From assembly GCA_947304335.1 (NCBI GenBank), contig CAMZAW010000001.1:1-50302 (forward strand): DNA of 50,302 bases. The letters are read 5' to 3'. Below the pieces are notes generated by a model that saw only the letters and a program-made list of their open reading frames with translations, did no database searches and had not been told where the DNA came from. Origin of the DNA: an uncultured Candidatus Saccharibacteria bacterium. Lineage in GTDB: Bacteria; Patescibacteriota; Saccharimonadia; Saccharimonadales; Saccharimonadaceae. Each line of letters opens with the position of its first letter. The stretch's first letter is position 1. Both the position numbers and the translations under genes were made by a program. Below are positions 20,308 to 29,303 of this stretch, piece by piece.

Positions 20308-21202
20308 CACCAAGACTGCGCACTAAACCCTTAATCTCCATCAGAGTAATCGTTTGATTAAACAGGGAAGGAGTTAATCCTAGCCGCCCCATTATTTTTT
20401 CGCCATCCCGCTCGCCATCTGTTAAGGCTTGCAGAATGCCCACCTCCTCCTCTGTATCACCAAATAGCACCGGCTGGAGGGTCGCCCTTTTGCTGCGTTT
20501 TGGAAACAGCAAATCCAGCACATCTTCCGCCCCTAAACAGGGGTTCGCCCCCTGGAAAAGTAGCCTATTGCAGCCCTCAGAAAGCGGGCTCGTAATATTA
20601 CCTGGCACCACCAAAAGTTCCTTACCCTGGTCCAGGGCGTGCGTCGCAGTATTCAGGGTTCCACTCCGCGCCGCCGCCTCCACCACAATCACCACGTCTG
20701 AAAGCCCCGAAATCAAGCGATTCCTCTCTAAAAAACTGGTTTTTGGGTAAACTAAGGCCCCAGGGGCATATTCGCTCATTACCACCCCGTTTTTCTCTAT
20801 AATTTCACTCGCCAGCCCCTCATGCGCCCGTGGATAAATCTGATCTATAGGGGTGCCAAGCACCGCAACCGTCTTTCCGCCAGCGTCAAGCGCCGCCCGA
20901 TGCGCAATTGAATCTATTCCGTAGGCAAGACCAGAGACAATCACCACCCCGTGCCGCGCCAGATCAAAAGCCAGCTTATAGGCCACTTCCTCCCCGTATC
21001 TGGTATTATGCCTAGAGCCCACAATCGCAACAGTCTTTGGACGCTGCATTTTACCCCCTAAAACCACATTTTCTGGCATTTTTCCATAAAAATACAATAT
21101 TTTAGGCTTAAGCGCAATAGTACTTAACACCTCTGTAAAATCTGCTTCCAGGGGTGAGATTTGGTTGAATTTTAACAAAAAGTGTGTAAAAGGTGTTGAC
21201 AT
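20285..21202 (-). CDS. dprA: DNA-processing protein DprA (Smf)
   Basis: VAIVGSR, IVSGLAYGID, FLERNRLISGLS and SGTLNTA motifs with C-terminal winged helix. Start uncertain (ATG 21202 or TTG 21178). Confidence 0.95.
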   Translation of the reverse strand: MSTPFTHFLLKFNQISPLEADFTEVLSTIALKPKILYFYGKMPENVVLGGKMQRPKTVAIVGSRHNTRYGEEVAYKLAFDLARHGVVIVSGLAYGIDSIAHRAALDAGGKTVAVLGTPIDQIYPRAHEGLASEIIEKNGVVMSEYAPGALVYPKTSFLERNRLISGLSDVVIVVEAAARSGTLNTATHALDQGKELLVVPGNITSPLSEGCNRLLFQGANPCLGAEDVLDLLFPKRSKRATLQPVLFGDTEEEVGILQALTDGERDGEKIMGRLGLTPSLFNQTITLMEIKGLVRSLGANRWAMR

Positions 21203-21224
21203 TTTTTTCGCTCCGTGATATAAT
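21196..21224 (+). promoter_or_regulatory. Consensus sigma70 promoter
   Basis: TTGACA-17 nt-TATAAT with extended TG. Confidence 0.85.
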
Positions 21225-21230
21225 GAGAAG

Positions 21231-21540
21231 CAGTTGGGGAGTGATCCCCACACCGCACCTAAATAAATTATAATTTTAGCTACACTAATTTTAGCGTAGC
21301 AAAAATTGCGTGCTTTTGAAACCCCCTCGAGTTTTAAATTTCTTTAAAGGTTTAAAACTTTTATAAGTATTACCTCCACTTAAGAGGGGAATCTTTCGAA
21401 GGCATAGCAATCCCTCTAACCGGCGGGCCCCAATATGTGTGAGGTGGGTCGCGCTTCCGGGGTCTCCCCGGTGTCAAAAGAGATGCGTTAGAGGGCCAAA
21501 AAGCCTCAGGTGATGCCCACCCTTACCTGAGGCTTTTTGG
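21231..21540 (+). ncRNA. Candidate ~310-nt structured ncRNA, family unknown
   Basis: Lies between a perfect promoter and a terminator with no long ORF. Multiple stems with G-U pairs on the + strand. Confidence 0.65.
21496..21540. terminator. Intrinsic terminator
   Basis: CCAAAAAGCCTCAGGT…ACCTGAGGCTTTTTGG 16-bp inverted repeat. Confidence 0.85.
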
Positions 21541-21645
21541 TGTCTTAAGGGGGTTGTAAAATCGCAAAAAATCAATTACAAAGTAAATAGCGCGCGCCTA
21601 GTTATGTCTCGCTTATGCTTGCATGGGTGTGCTATTATAATATAT

Positions 21646-23904
21646 ATGTCAAAAAACCTAGTTATCGTAGAGTCGCCTGCTAAGGCCCAAACCATCGAAA
21701 AATACCTCGGTGCTGATTTTCAAGTTTTAGCTTCAGTTGGTCACATTCGTAAAGATACTAAGGTAGACAAATCCACTTTTGACGTAACCTACGAAATCGA
21801 TCCAGGCCACACCAAAATCATTGCCGATATTAAAAAGGCCGTCAAAGAAGCCGACAAAATCTGGCTCGCGACGGATGAAGACCGCGAAGGGGAATCGATT
21901 TCTTGGCATTTGCTCGAAGTTTTGAAGTTGCCAAAAGATACTGCGCGTATTACTTTTCATGAAATTACTAAACCAGCGCTTGAGGCCGCTATTAAAAACC
22001 CTCGTACCGTAGATATGAATATGGTTGCCTCGCAGCAAGCCCGCCAAACGTTAGATATGCTGGTCGGTTACGATCTTTCTGATATCGTCCGCAAAAAAGT
22101 GCCGGGTGCTATTTCGGCCGGCCGCGTACAAAGTCCAGCTTTGCGCCTCGTGGTTGAGCGCGAACGTGAAATCGAAAAATTCGAATCCAAATTCAGCTTT
22201 AAAGTGACTGGCGATTTCGGCTTTCAGGCCGCGCTCGATCATTCATTTGATAATGAAGGCGAAGCCAAAGCCTTCCTCGAAAAACTTATCGGCGCTAAAT
22301 ATACCGTAGCTGAAGTCGAAGAAACCGAAGGTGTTAAAGCCAATCCAACCCCATTCACTACCGCCGCCTTGCAAATCGAGGCCAACGCCAAGCTCGGCTT
22401 TTCATCTAAAACCACAATGGCTGCCGCGCAAGGGCTTTACCAGGCTGGTCTTATTACTTACCACCGCACCGACTCCTTAAATCTCTCGTCTCAAGCCGTG
22501 GCCAGCATCGCAAACTACATCGAAAGCAATTTCGGTAAAGATTATTTGAAAGTTCGCCATTTTAAAACTAAAGATGCGTCCGCCCAAGAAGCCCACGAGG
22601 CAATCCGCCCAACCCACATCGAAAACGTTGCAGCTGGCAAAAACGATTACGAGAAAAAACTCTATCATTTGATTTGGTCACGCACACTCGCGACCCAAAT
22701 GGCCAACGCCAAAGTAGCGAAGACTGTTGTAAAAATTACAACACCTACCGAATATATATTTGAAGGAAAAGGCGAAGTTGTAGTCTTTGACGGCTTCTTG
22801 AAAGTCTATGGTAAATCTAAGGATCTAGAACTTCCAGCCATGAAAGTCGGCGACGTTTTGAACGCCAAATCTATTACGGCCCGCCAAACCTTCGCCAAAC
22901 CAAGCGCCCGCTACACCGAAGGCTCGCTCGTTAAAAAACTCGAGGAACTAGGTATCGGCCGCCCATCTACTTATGCATCTATTATGACTGCCATCCAGGC
23001 CCGTGGCTACGTTGTGAAAGGCGAATCTGAAGGGGAGGAGCGCGAAGTTACCGAGCTTACTCTCGCAAACGATAAAATCAGCCGCTCCGCCGTCACCGAG
23101 AAATTCGGAGCCAATAAAGGCAAATTGATGCCAACTCCAATCGGCGAGCTCGTGGCCGGCTTTTTAGTTGATAACTTCAAAAACATTGTTGACTACAAAT
23201 TTACCGCCAATATCGAAAAAGACCTCGACCTTGTAGCCGAAGCCAAACTCGAACGCGTCAAAATGCTGCGCGACTTTTACGGTCCATTTAGAAACACCGT
23301 ACTCGCGTCAGAGGGAATCGAACGCTACAACAACGCCAAATTACTTGGGCACGACCCGGAGACCGGCAAACCAATCTATGCCAAAGTTGGCAAGAACGGC
23401 GGCTTCATTCAGCTTGGCGACAACGAAAAAGAGTCTGGCGAAAAACCACGCTTTGCGCCTTTGCCAAAGCGAAAAACCGTTAAAACTGTCACGCTAGAAC
23501 TCGCCTTAAAACAGCTTGCCCTGCCATCCTTGCCACGCACGCTTGGCACCACTAAAGATGGCGTTGAGTTAATTGCAGCCAGCGGCCCATTCGGCCCATA
23601 TCTTAAAGGTGGCAAATATAATATTCCAATCAAGGATTATGACCCATATACAATTTCGTTTGACGAAGCCTTGCCGCTTTACGAAGCCAAAGTCAATTCC
23701 ATCATTGCAGACTGGGGCGATATTATGATTATTAACGGTGCCTACGGCCCATATATCAAAGGTCCAGGCCGCCGCAATAACGTCAAGATTCCAAAAGATC
23801 AAGATCCAAAGACCATCACTAAAGAAGCAGCAGCCGAAATGTTGGCAAACAAGCCAAAAGCCGCTCGCCACGCCAAGCGTTCTAATAAAACTAAAAAGAA
23901 ATAA
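21646..23904 (+). CDS. topA: DNA topoisomerase I
   Basis: LVIVESPAKA, ATDEDREGE, SAGRVQS, ITYHRTDS and GIGRPSTY motifs with C-terminal GxxGPY repeats. Confidence 0.97.
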   Translation: MSKNLVIVESPAKAQTIEKYLGADFQVLASVGHIRKDTKVDKSTFDVTYEIDPGHTKIIADIKKAVKEADKIWLATDEDREGESISWHLLEVLKLPKDTARITFHEITKPALEAAIKNPRTVDMNMVASQQARQTLDMLVGYDLSDIVRKKVPGAISAGRVQSPALRLVVEREREIEKFESKFSFKVTGDFGFQAALDHSFDNEGEAKAFLEKLIGAKYTVAEVEETEGVKANPTPFTTAALQIEANAKLGFSSKTTMAAAQGLYQAGLITYHRTDSLNLSSQAVASIANYIESNFGKDYLKVRHFKTKDASAQEAHEAIRPTHIENVAAGKNDYEKKLYHLIWSRTLATQMANAKVAKTVVKITTPTEYIFEGKGEVVVFDGFLKVYGKSKDLELPAMKVGDVLNAKSITARQTFAKPSARYTEGSLVKKLEELGIGRPSTYASIMTAIQARGYVVKGESEGEEREVTELTLANDKISRSAVTEKFGANKGKLMPTPIGELVAGFLVDNFKNIVDYKFTANIEKDLDLVAEAKLERVKMLRDFYGPFRNTVLASEGIERYNNAKLLGHDPETGKPIYAKVGKNGGFIQLGDNEKESGEKPRFAPLPKRKTVKTVTLELALKQLALPSLPRTLGTTKDGVELIAASGPFGPYLKGGKYNIPIKDYDPYTISFDEALPLYEAKVNSIIADWGDIMIINGAYGPYIKGPGRRNNVKIPKDQDPKTITKEAAAEMLANKPKAARHAKRSNKTKKK

Positions 23905-23921
23905 TTATTGCGAGTTTTAAT

Positions 23922-23960
23922 AAAAAATATACAGTAGCGCTATAGCTACTATATTTTTTT
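23922..23960 (+). terminator. Intrinsic terminator
   Basis: AGTAGC-loop-GCTACT with A/T flanks and a U-tract. Confidence 0.7.
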
Positions 23961-24089
23961 CGCGTATTGTAAAAAATATGCTACAATAATGTTATTGAAA
24001 GTCGATTTTTATAGTTGACGTAAGTGCACATTTATGATATTATAATATAAATTCTAATCATTAACAGAGGTGGGATAAGGAAATTTTTC

Positions 24090-25118
24090 ATGGACAAAAA
24101 TGCGGAAATCCTAAAAAATGCAATCGCGGGCAGCCTCAAAATCATTGAGCAAGATCGCGAAAAAGAAATTATCTCTCGACGCTTCGGCTTATCCGGAACT
24201 AAAGAAACGCTCGAGCAAATTGGCGAAATGTTGTCGATTACTCGTGAGCGCGTGCGTCAACTAGAGAAGGCTATTTTAATTCGTCTCCAAATTTCCGCTG
24301 AGGAGAACAAAATACCTGAGCTGACCGCCGCTGAAAAAATCCTTATTCGCAATCTTACCGAGATGGGCCGCATCGCCAAAATCTCAGACCTCGCCGACAA
24401 AGTTTACGGCAAGGCAACCACTAATAAAGAACGTACTGGCATTTACTTCATTGCTACTTTTTCGAATAATCTTACCGTTATTGAAGAAAACGACAAATAT
24501 AATGCCGCTGTTGGTATCGCTGAATACGGCGACGAAAAAACCATCCGTGGCAAAGTAGATGAAATCGTCTCTATCGTCAAAGAGAACAAAAAGCCTATGA
24601 CGATTGAAGAGCTTGACAGCAAATTAAATTATGAACATCCTGACCACATTAAAGCCGTGGCGTCAATTTCTAAACTTCTCGCCAGCCTTAATGGTATCTG
24701 GGGTCTTGCTAAATGGCCTTCAGTCAACCCAAAGAATATTCGTGATAAAATTTTTGTCATTCTCGAAGCCAAGAAAGAACCTATGCACTTCTCCGAAATC
24801 GCAAAGGGAATTGCTGATTCTAAATTCAAACGCAAAAATGTCACTATTCAAGCTATTCACAATGAGCTCATCAAAGATTCTCGCTTCGTTTTGATCGGCC
24901 GCGGTATCTACGCTCTTAGCACTTGGGGCTACAGCAAGGGAACCGTTTCCGACATCATCAAGGCTATCCTTGAAAAATCTGAAAAACCTTTAACTCGCGA
25001 AGAAATTGTTAAACAGGTGCTCAAAACCCGCAAAGTTAAAGAGACCACCATTTTGCTCAATCTTCAGAACAAAAAACTCTTCAAAAAGATCGACAAAAAC
25101 TCTTATACTTTGGCTTAA
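24090..25118 (+). CDS. Sigma-70 region-4 HTH plus HARE-HTH (RNAP delta-like) protein
   Basis: RRFGL…TLEQIG…ITRERVRQLE, then EPMHFSEI…IHNELI…FVLIGRGIYAL. Confidence 0.8.
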   Translation: MDKNAEILKNAIAGSLKIIEQDREKEIISRRFGLSGTKETLEQIGEMLSITRERVRQLEKAILIRLQISAEENKIPELTAAEKILIRNLTEMGRIAKISDLADKVYGKATTNKERTGIYFIATFSNNLTVIEENDKYNAAVGIAEYGDEKTIRGKVDEIVSIVKENKKPMTIEELDSKLNYEHPDHIKAVASISKLLASLNGIWGLAKWPSVNPKNIRDKIFVILEAKKEPMHFSEIAKGIADSKFKRKNVTIQAIHNELIKDSRFVLIGRGIYALSTWGYSKGTVSDIIKAILEKSEKPLTREEIVKQVLKTRKVKETTILLNLQNKKLFKKIDKNSYTLA

Positions 25119-25138
25119 ATTTGTGCTAAAATTAATCT

Positions 25139-27838
25139 ATGGACAGCGTCATACAATTTATTCTAATGCCAATATTTTGGATTCCGGTTGTTCTTTTATT
25201 AGCCTATCTAACTTATCGCAATTATAAAAAACTCAATAAAATCAAAGTCTTAAATGTTGACTCTGTGCTTTTGATGCTCGAAATTCCACGCGCCAACGAC
25301 AAAAAAGAGCTCGCGGCCGAGCAGCTTTTTGCTTCGCTTCATGGTATTTTACGCGACAAAGCCGAGCTTAGAAATTCTGGCGGCGTGCAAGAGCATTTGT
25401 CGTTTGAAATTGTTTCTACCGCTGGCCAAATCCGCTTTTACGTATGGGTGCCAAAGGTTTTGCAAAGCTTTGTGGAAGGCCAGATTTATTCCCAATATCC
25501 AACCGTACAAATCTATCGCATGAATGAAGACTATGTCGATAACCGTTCTAAATATCCTGTTATATATTCAACCGAACTTTCATTAACCGACAACGAAGTA
25601 TTACCAATTAAGACCTTCGACACATTCGAAGTCGATCCACTTGCCGGCATCACTGGTACACTTGCTAAACTCGATCCTGATAATTCCGAAGAGCTCTGGA
25701 TTCAAATTCTCACCCGTCCAATCCCAGATGATTGGCACAAAGACACCACCGATAAATGGGTCAAAAAAATCAAAGCCGGCGGCAAAAGTGGCTTCTTCAC
25801 CTCTACCGGCATCGACTGGACCTGGCTCGTTGAAGCGCTCGGCGCACTCTTCCGCCCACCAGCTGGCGGCACTAATTCTGAAGTAAAAATTGAGCTCTCC
25901 GAACGCGACAAGACCCGTATCGAAAAGGCTGAAGAAAAAGCTACCAAGCTTGGCTACGAAGTTAAAATCCGCCTTGCCTACCTCGGTAAGTCCGATGTGG
26001 ATGCCAAGCTCAACATGCAGGCCCTCGTTGGCACCTTCAAACAGTTCAACTCAACCAACCTCAACGGTTTCAAAATGTCCGGCGGCAGCTTCAATCCAAA
26101 CGATCTCAACGCCTACAAGATGCGTCAATTCACCGATCGTGGCTTTATTCTAAACATTTCCGAACTCGCCTCGGTATATCACTTACCACATACCTCTGTA
26201 GAAACCCCTAATATCGTCTGGGCCAACTCCAAAACCGCCGAGCCACCAGCCAAACTTCCAGTCCTCACTGGCACGCCAAGTATCGACGAAAACATCTCCG
26301 CCTTTGGTCTTACCAATTTCCGCGGCATTAATCACCAATTCGGTTTACTCCGCCGCGATCGTTCACGTCATTTATATATTATTGGCCAAACTGGGGCAGG
26401 GAAAAGCGGCCTATTGGAACTTCTTGCGCTCTCTGATACTTTCTATAATCACGGCTATTGTATTATCGATCCGCACGGCGATTTTGCCATCGATAACTTG
26501 CGTTTCGTGCCAGAGTCTCGTATCAAGGATGTTGTCTACTTCAACCCAGCCGATACGGCCTACCCAGTAGCCTTCAACCCGCTCGAAGTCTCCGATCCAA
26601 GCCGCAAGCCAAACATTTGTTCTGAGGTTATCGGCGTGCTCAAACGTATGTTCGGCGATTCTTGGGGTCCTCGTCTTGAGCACATTCTTCGTTATACCCT
26701 TCTCGCTCTTCTAGACCGCCCAGAAACTACACTGCTTGATATTTCCCGCATGCTCACCGACAAAGATTTCCGCAAAGAGACTCTCGATTATTGTACCGAC
26801 GTCACCGTGCTTCAATTCTGGAAACATGAGTTCGGCCAATGGAATGATAAGCAGATTAACGAATCTATCGCTCCAGTGCTTAACAAGGTGGGTGCCTTTA
26901 CTGCAAACCCAATCATTCGTAATATTATCGGCCAACCAAAGTCTTCATTTGATATCCGCAAGATTATGGACGAAGGTAAAATCCTCGTCGTCAACCTATC
27001 AAAAGGTCTCATTGGTGAAGATAATGCCAGCATCCTTGGCGCCTTCCTCGTAACTAAAGTTCAGCTTGCTGCCATGTCGCGCTCCGACATCGCCAATATC
27101 GAAGATCGCCGCCCATTCTATCTCTACGTAGATGAGTTCCAAAACTTCGCTACCGATTCCTTCGCCGTAATTCTTTCTGAGGCCCGCAAATACGGCCTCA
27201 ACCTTACTGTAGCTAACCAGTACGTAGCTCAGATGACTGATTCTGTACGCGATGCAGTCTTTGGTAACGTCGGTACTACCATCTCATTCCGCGTCTCTGC
27301 CGACGACGCACCAATCCTCATCAAACAATTCGAACCAACCTTCGAGGAATCTGATATTATTCAACTCAACAACCGTCACTTCGTGATCTCAATGATCATT
27401 AACGGTGAAAAAGTCCCAGCCTTCTCAGCCACAACCTTGTCGATTCCAAAGTCGCCTAAAGACAACCTTGACGCCATTATTGCTGCCTCACGCGCTAAAT
27501 ACGCCCGCTCCCGCGCTTCCGTAGAGGCCGAAATCCGCGAAACCATCGAGCAATCCGAAAAATACAAGAAAGAACTTTCAGACTCTGGTCGCCAACCAGA
27601 AGATTCTACCCCTGTTTTCACCCCTGTTAGAAACGAACAAAAACCGAACTTTGCCTATAGGCCTAAATACCCTAAGACTGCCAAAGATGACTTCAAGAAG
27701 CAGAACCTCAGCCCAAACGCCGCTGAAGGCAAAGAAAGATTAGGCTTAAAAGACCTCGCCAAACTCGTATCCGAAAAGGAAGCGGCAGGGAAAAACGAAA
27801 AAAATTCTTTCAAGAAAAAATCTAAAAACAAAAAATAA
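25139..27838 (+). CDS. VirD4/TrwB/TraD-like (HerA-FtsK superfamily) ATPase
   Basis: N-terminal TM, Walker A GQTGAGKS, IDPHGD, Walker B LYVDEFQNF, and SEARKYG…ANQ. Confidence 0.9.
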   Translation: MDSVIQFILMPIFWIPVVLLLAYLTYRNYKKLNKIKVLNVDSVLLMLEIPRANDKKELAAEQLFASLHGILRDKAELRNSGGVQEHLSFEIVSTAGQIRFYVWVPKVLQSFVEGQIYSQYPTVQIYRMNEDYVDNRSKYPVIYSTELSLTDNEVLPIKTFDTFEVDPLAGITGTLAKLDPDNSEELWIQILTRPIPDDWHKDTTDKWVKKIKAGGKSGFFTSTGIDWTWLVEALGALFRPPAGGTNSEVKIELSERDKTRIEKAEEKATKLGYEVKIRLAYLGKSDVDAKLNMQALVGTFKQFNSTNLNGFKMSGGSFNPNDLNAYKMRQFTDRGFILNISELASVYHLPHTSVETPNIVWANSKTAEPPAKLPVLTGTPSIDENISAFGLTNFRGINHQFGLLRRDRSRHLYIIGQTGAGKSGLLELLALSDTFYNHGYCIIDPHGDFAIDNLRFVPESRIKDVVYFNPADTAYPVAFNPLEVSDPSRKPNICSEVIGVLKRMFGDSWGPRLEHILRYTLLALLDRPETTLLDISRMLTDKDFRKETLDYCTDVTVLQFWKHEFGQWNDKQINESIAPVLNKVGAFTANPIIRNIIGQPKSSFDIRKIMDEGKILVVNLSKGLIGEDNASILGAFLVTKVQLAAMSRSDIANIEDRRPFYLYVDEFQNFATDSFAVILSEARKYGLNLTVANQYVAQMTDSVRDAVFGNVGTTISFRVSADDAPILIKQFEPTFEESDIIQLNNRHFVISMIINGEKVPAFSATTLSIPKSPKDNLDAIIAASRAKYARSRASVEAEIRETIEQSEKYKKELSDSGRQPEDSTPVFTPVRNEQKPNFAYRPKYPKTAKDDFKKQNLSPNAAEGKERLGLKDLAKLVSEKEAAGKNEKNSFKKKSKNKK

Positions 27839-28689
27839 TTAGAAAAAAAGGGAATCGTTTCATTCCCCACCCCTGTTACACCCCAGAATAATGGGCTATT
27901 GTCCCCTGTTGCGCCCATATAAAAGCATGTCGCTACATCTTATATACCTCTAATACACCCCTTTAGATCCCTGTTTCGCCCCTTATCTACCCCTGTTACA
28001 CCCCAGTTGACCCCTATAAACCTCAAAAAATGCCCATATTAACGAATAATATAGAAACTAAGCCAGAATTAGAATCAAACCCACAAACAAAAATGGGGAA
28101 TTATTCGCAAAAAACCATAAGCAGAATAAAAACCACTACAAAAAGACGTAAAGTCAACCGTCTTTCATTTACAAGTCTAATGTCGTACAATACATATTTT
28201 AAGACATTAAAGAAGGCAAGCCGGGGATATATAAACATCCACCCGCTCCACCCACAATTCTCCAATACCAGGAGAGAATCGTCCTATAATCCTATGTCAA
28301 AGCCAAATGAAGATTTATTAAACGCAAATAGAATATTTTATTAAGACTAAAAGAACCCCTTAATATAACCGCTAAGTTAGACTGGCTAATTGAACACTTT
28401 AGAAGATGTCTTAATGAAATATTTATTTGCGTTTCAATATGAATGTTCATTTGACTTTTCCACAGCCTTATTGTGAAATCTACTTTTCACACGACTTTTC
28501 ACGGCCCCAGATTTTCGGATTTGACTTTTCCCCATTTTGTTTCCCTACTATGTGTTTTACCCTGTTAATCCCCTACTCCAGCGCGTACGCATCCGCCGAA
28601 AACCCATATAGAACAAAAACCGAACAATAGGGTAGAGAACCATCAGAAGAGCAGAATCACCCCTGTTCTACCCCTGTTACACCCCTGTT
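27608..28689 (+). repeat. Cluster of (A)CCCCTGTT direct repeats
   Basis: Copies at 27608, 27620, 27869, 27903, 27969, 27989, 28559, 28659, 28670 and 28681 (27969 and 28559 have only three C's). Several are spaced 11-12 bp. Confidence 0.8.
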
Positions 28690-29302
28690 ATTTCCAGTAC
28701 CCTTTCCCCTCTATCCGTACGTCAATATATTCAAATTCAGATACGCCGATTCCCTGTAAATACCTTAACATTCTATCCGCATCCTCTACGGATACCGCCG
28801 TATCCCGATCAATCGTCATCTTAATCCTACCGCTCCATCCAGATAAATAAAAGTCCACCTCCCGAATCGCGCCCGCCGGAATCACAGCCTTAAGTGGCAT
28901 ATAGCCAAGGTCTCTAAAGTCATTCTCGACCTGGCCAATATAATTCTTCATCCGCTCCGAAATCTTCTGCTGGGATGTGGCTTCGTCGATTATATCAATC
29001 GTTGGCTTGTACGATTCGGCACCCGCGTCAACGGTCTCCGTCGTTTCCTGTCGACTAAGCGAATTTACTAATACAAAAATCAATCCAAAAACCGCCAAAA
29101 AAGCCAGCGTCACACCAACGATTCGTAAAACTCTTTGCCTCTTCCCTTTTTTATGTGCGGCTGCCCGCTCCGAAGCCGTTTCTAGTCGTTCCCTTTTCTC
29201 GACAATTGCTCGTCCAATTTTAAGCTTGGACTTTTTATTAAGCGACCTCTTAGCGAGCCTCGGCGCCTGCTCTGGTTTTTCCTTTTTACTCAAAATTCCC
29301 AC
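28688..29302 (-). CDS. Probable FtsQ/DivIB-like division protein
   Basis: Basic cytoplasmic N-terminus, single TM and C-terminal EYIDVR motif; lies downstream of murG. Confidence 0.6.
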   Translation of the reverse strand: MGILSKKEKPEQAPRLAKRSLNKKSKLKIGRAIVEKRERLETASERAAAHKKGKRQRVLRIVGVTLAFLAVFGLIFVLVNSLSRQETTETVDAGAESYKPTIDIIDEATSQQKISERMKNYIGQVENDFRDLGYMPLKAVIPAGAIREVDFYLSGWSGRIKMTIDRDTAVSVEDADRMLRYLQGIGVSEFEYIDVRIEGKGYWK

Positions 29303-29303
29303 C

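Noticed and set aside
21231..21540. RNase P RNA, SRP RNA, tmRNA or hammerhead ribozyme
   Set aside because: Hallmarks (GAGGAAAGUCC, GGAAG-CAGC, tRNA-like CCA end, CUGAUGA/GAAA) were not found on either strand.
25139..27838. Conjugative element / ICE
   Set aside because: The VirD4-like ATPase has no relaxase, VirB4, integrase or mating-pair genes nearby. Such ATPases are common chromosomal genes in Patescibacteria.
28030..28630. ORFs 28030-28344 and 28427-28630
   Set aside because: No recognisable motifs, SD or leaderless promoter. They overlap repeat and palindrome elements and are probably spurious.
27840..28690. Replication origin (AT-rich region with DnaA-box-like motifs)
   Set aside because: No dnaA/dnaN nearby, only one good box, and no visible GC-skew switch (the + strand is C>G on both sides by spot counts).
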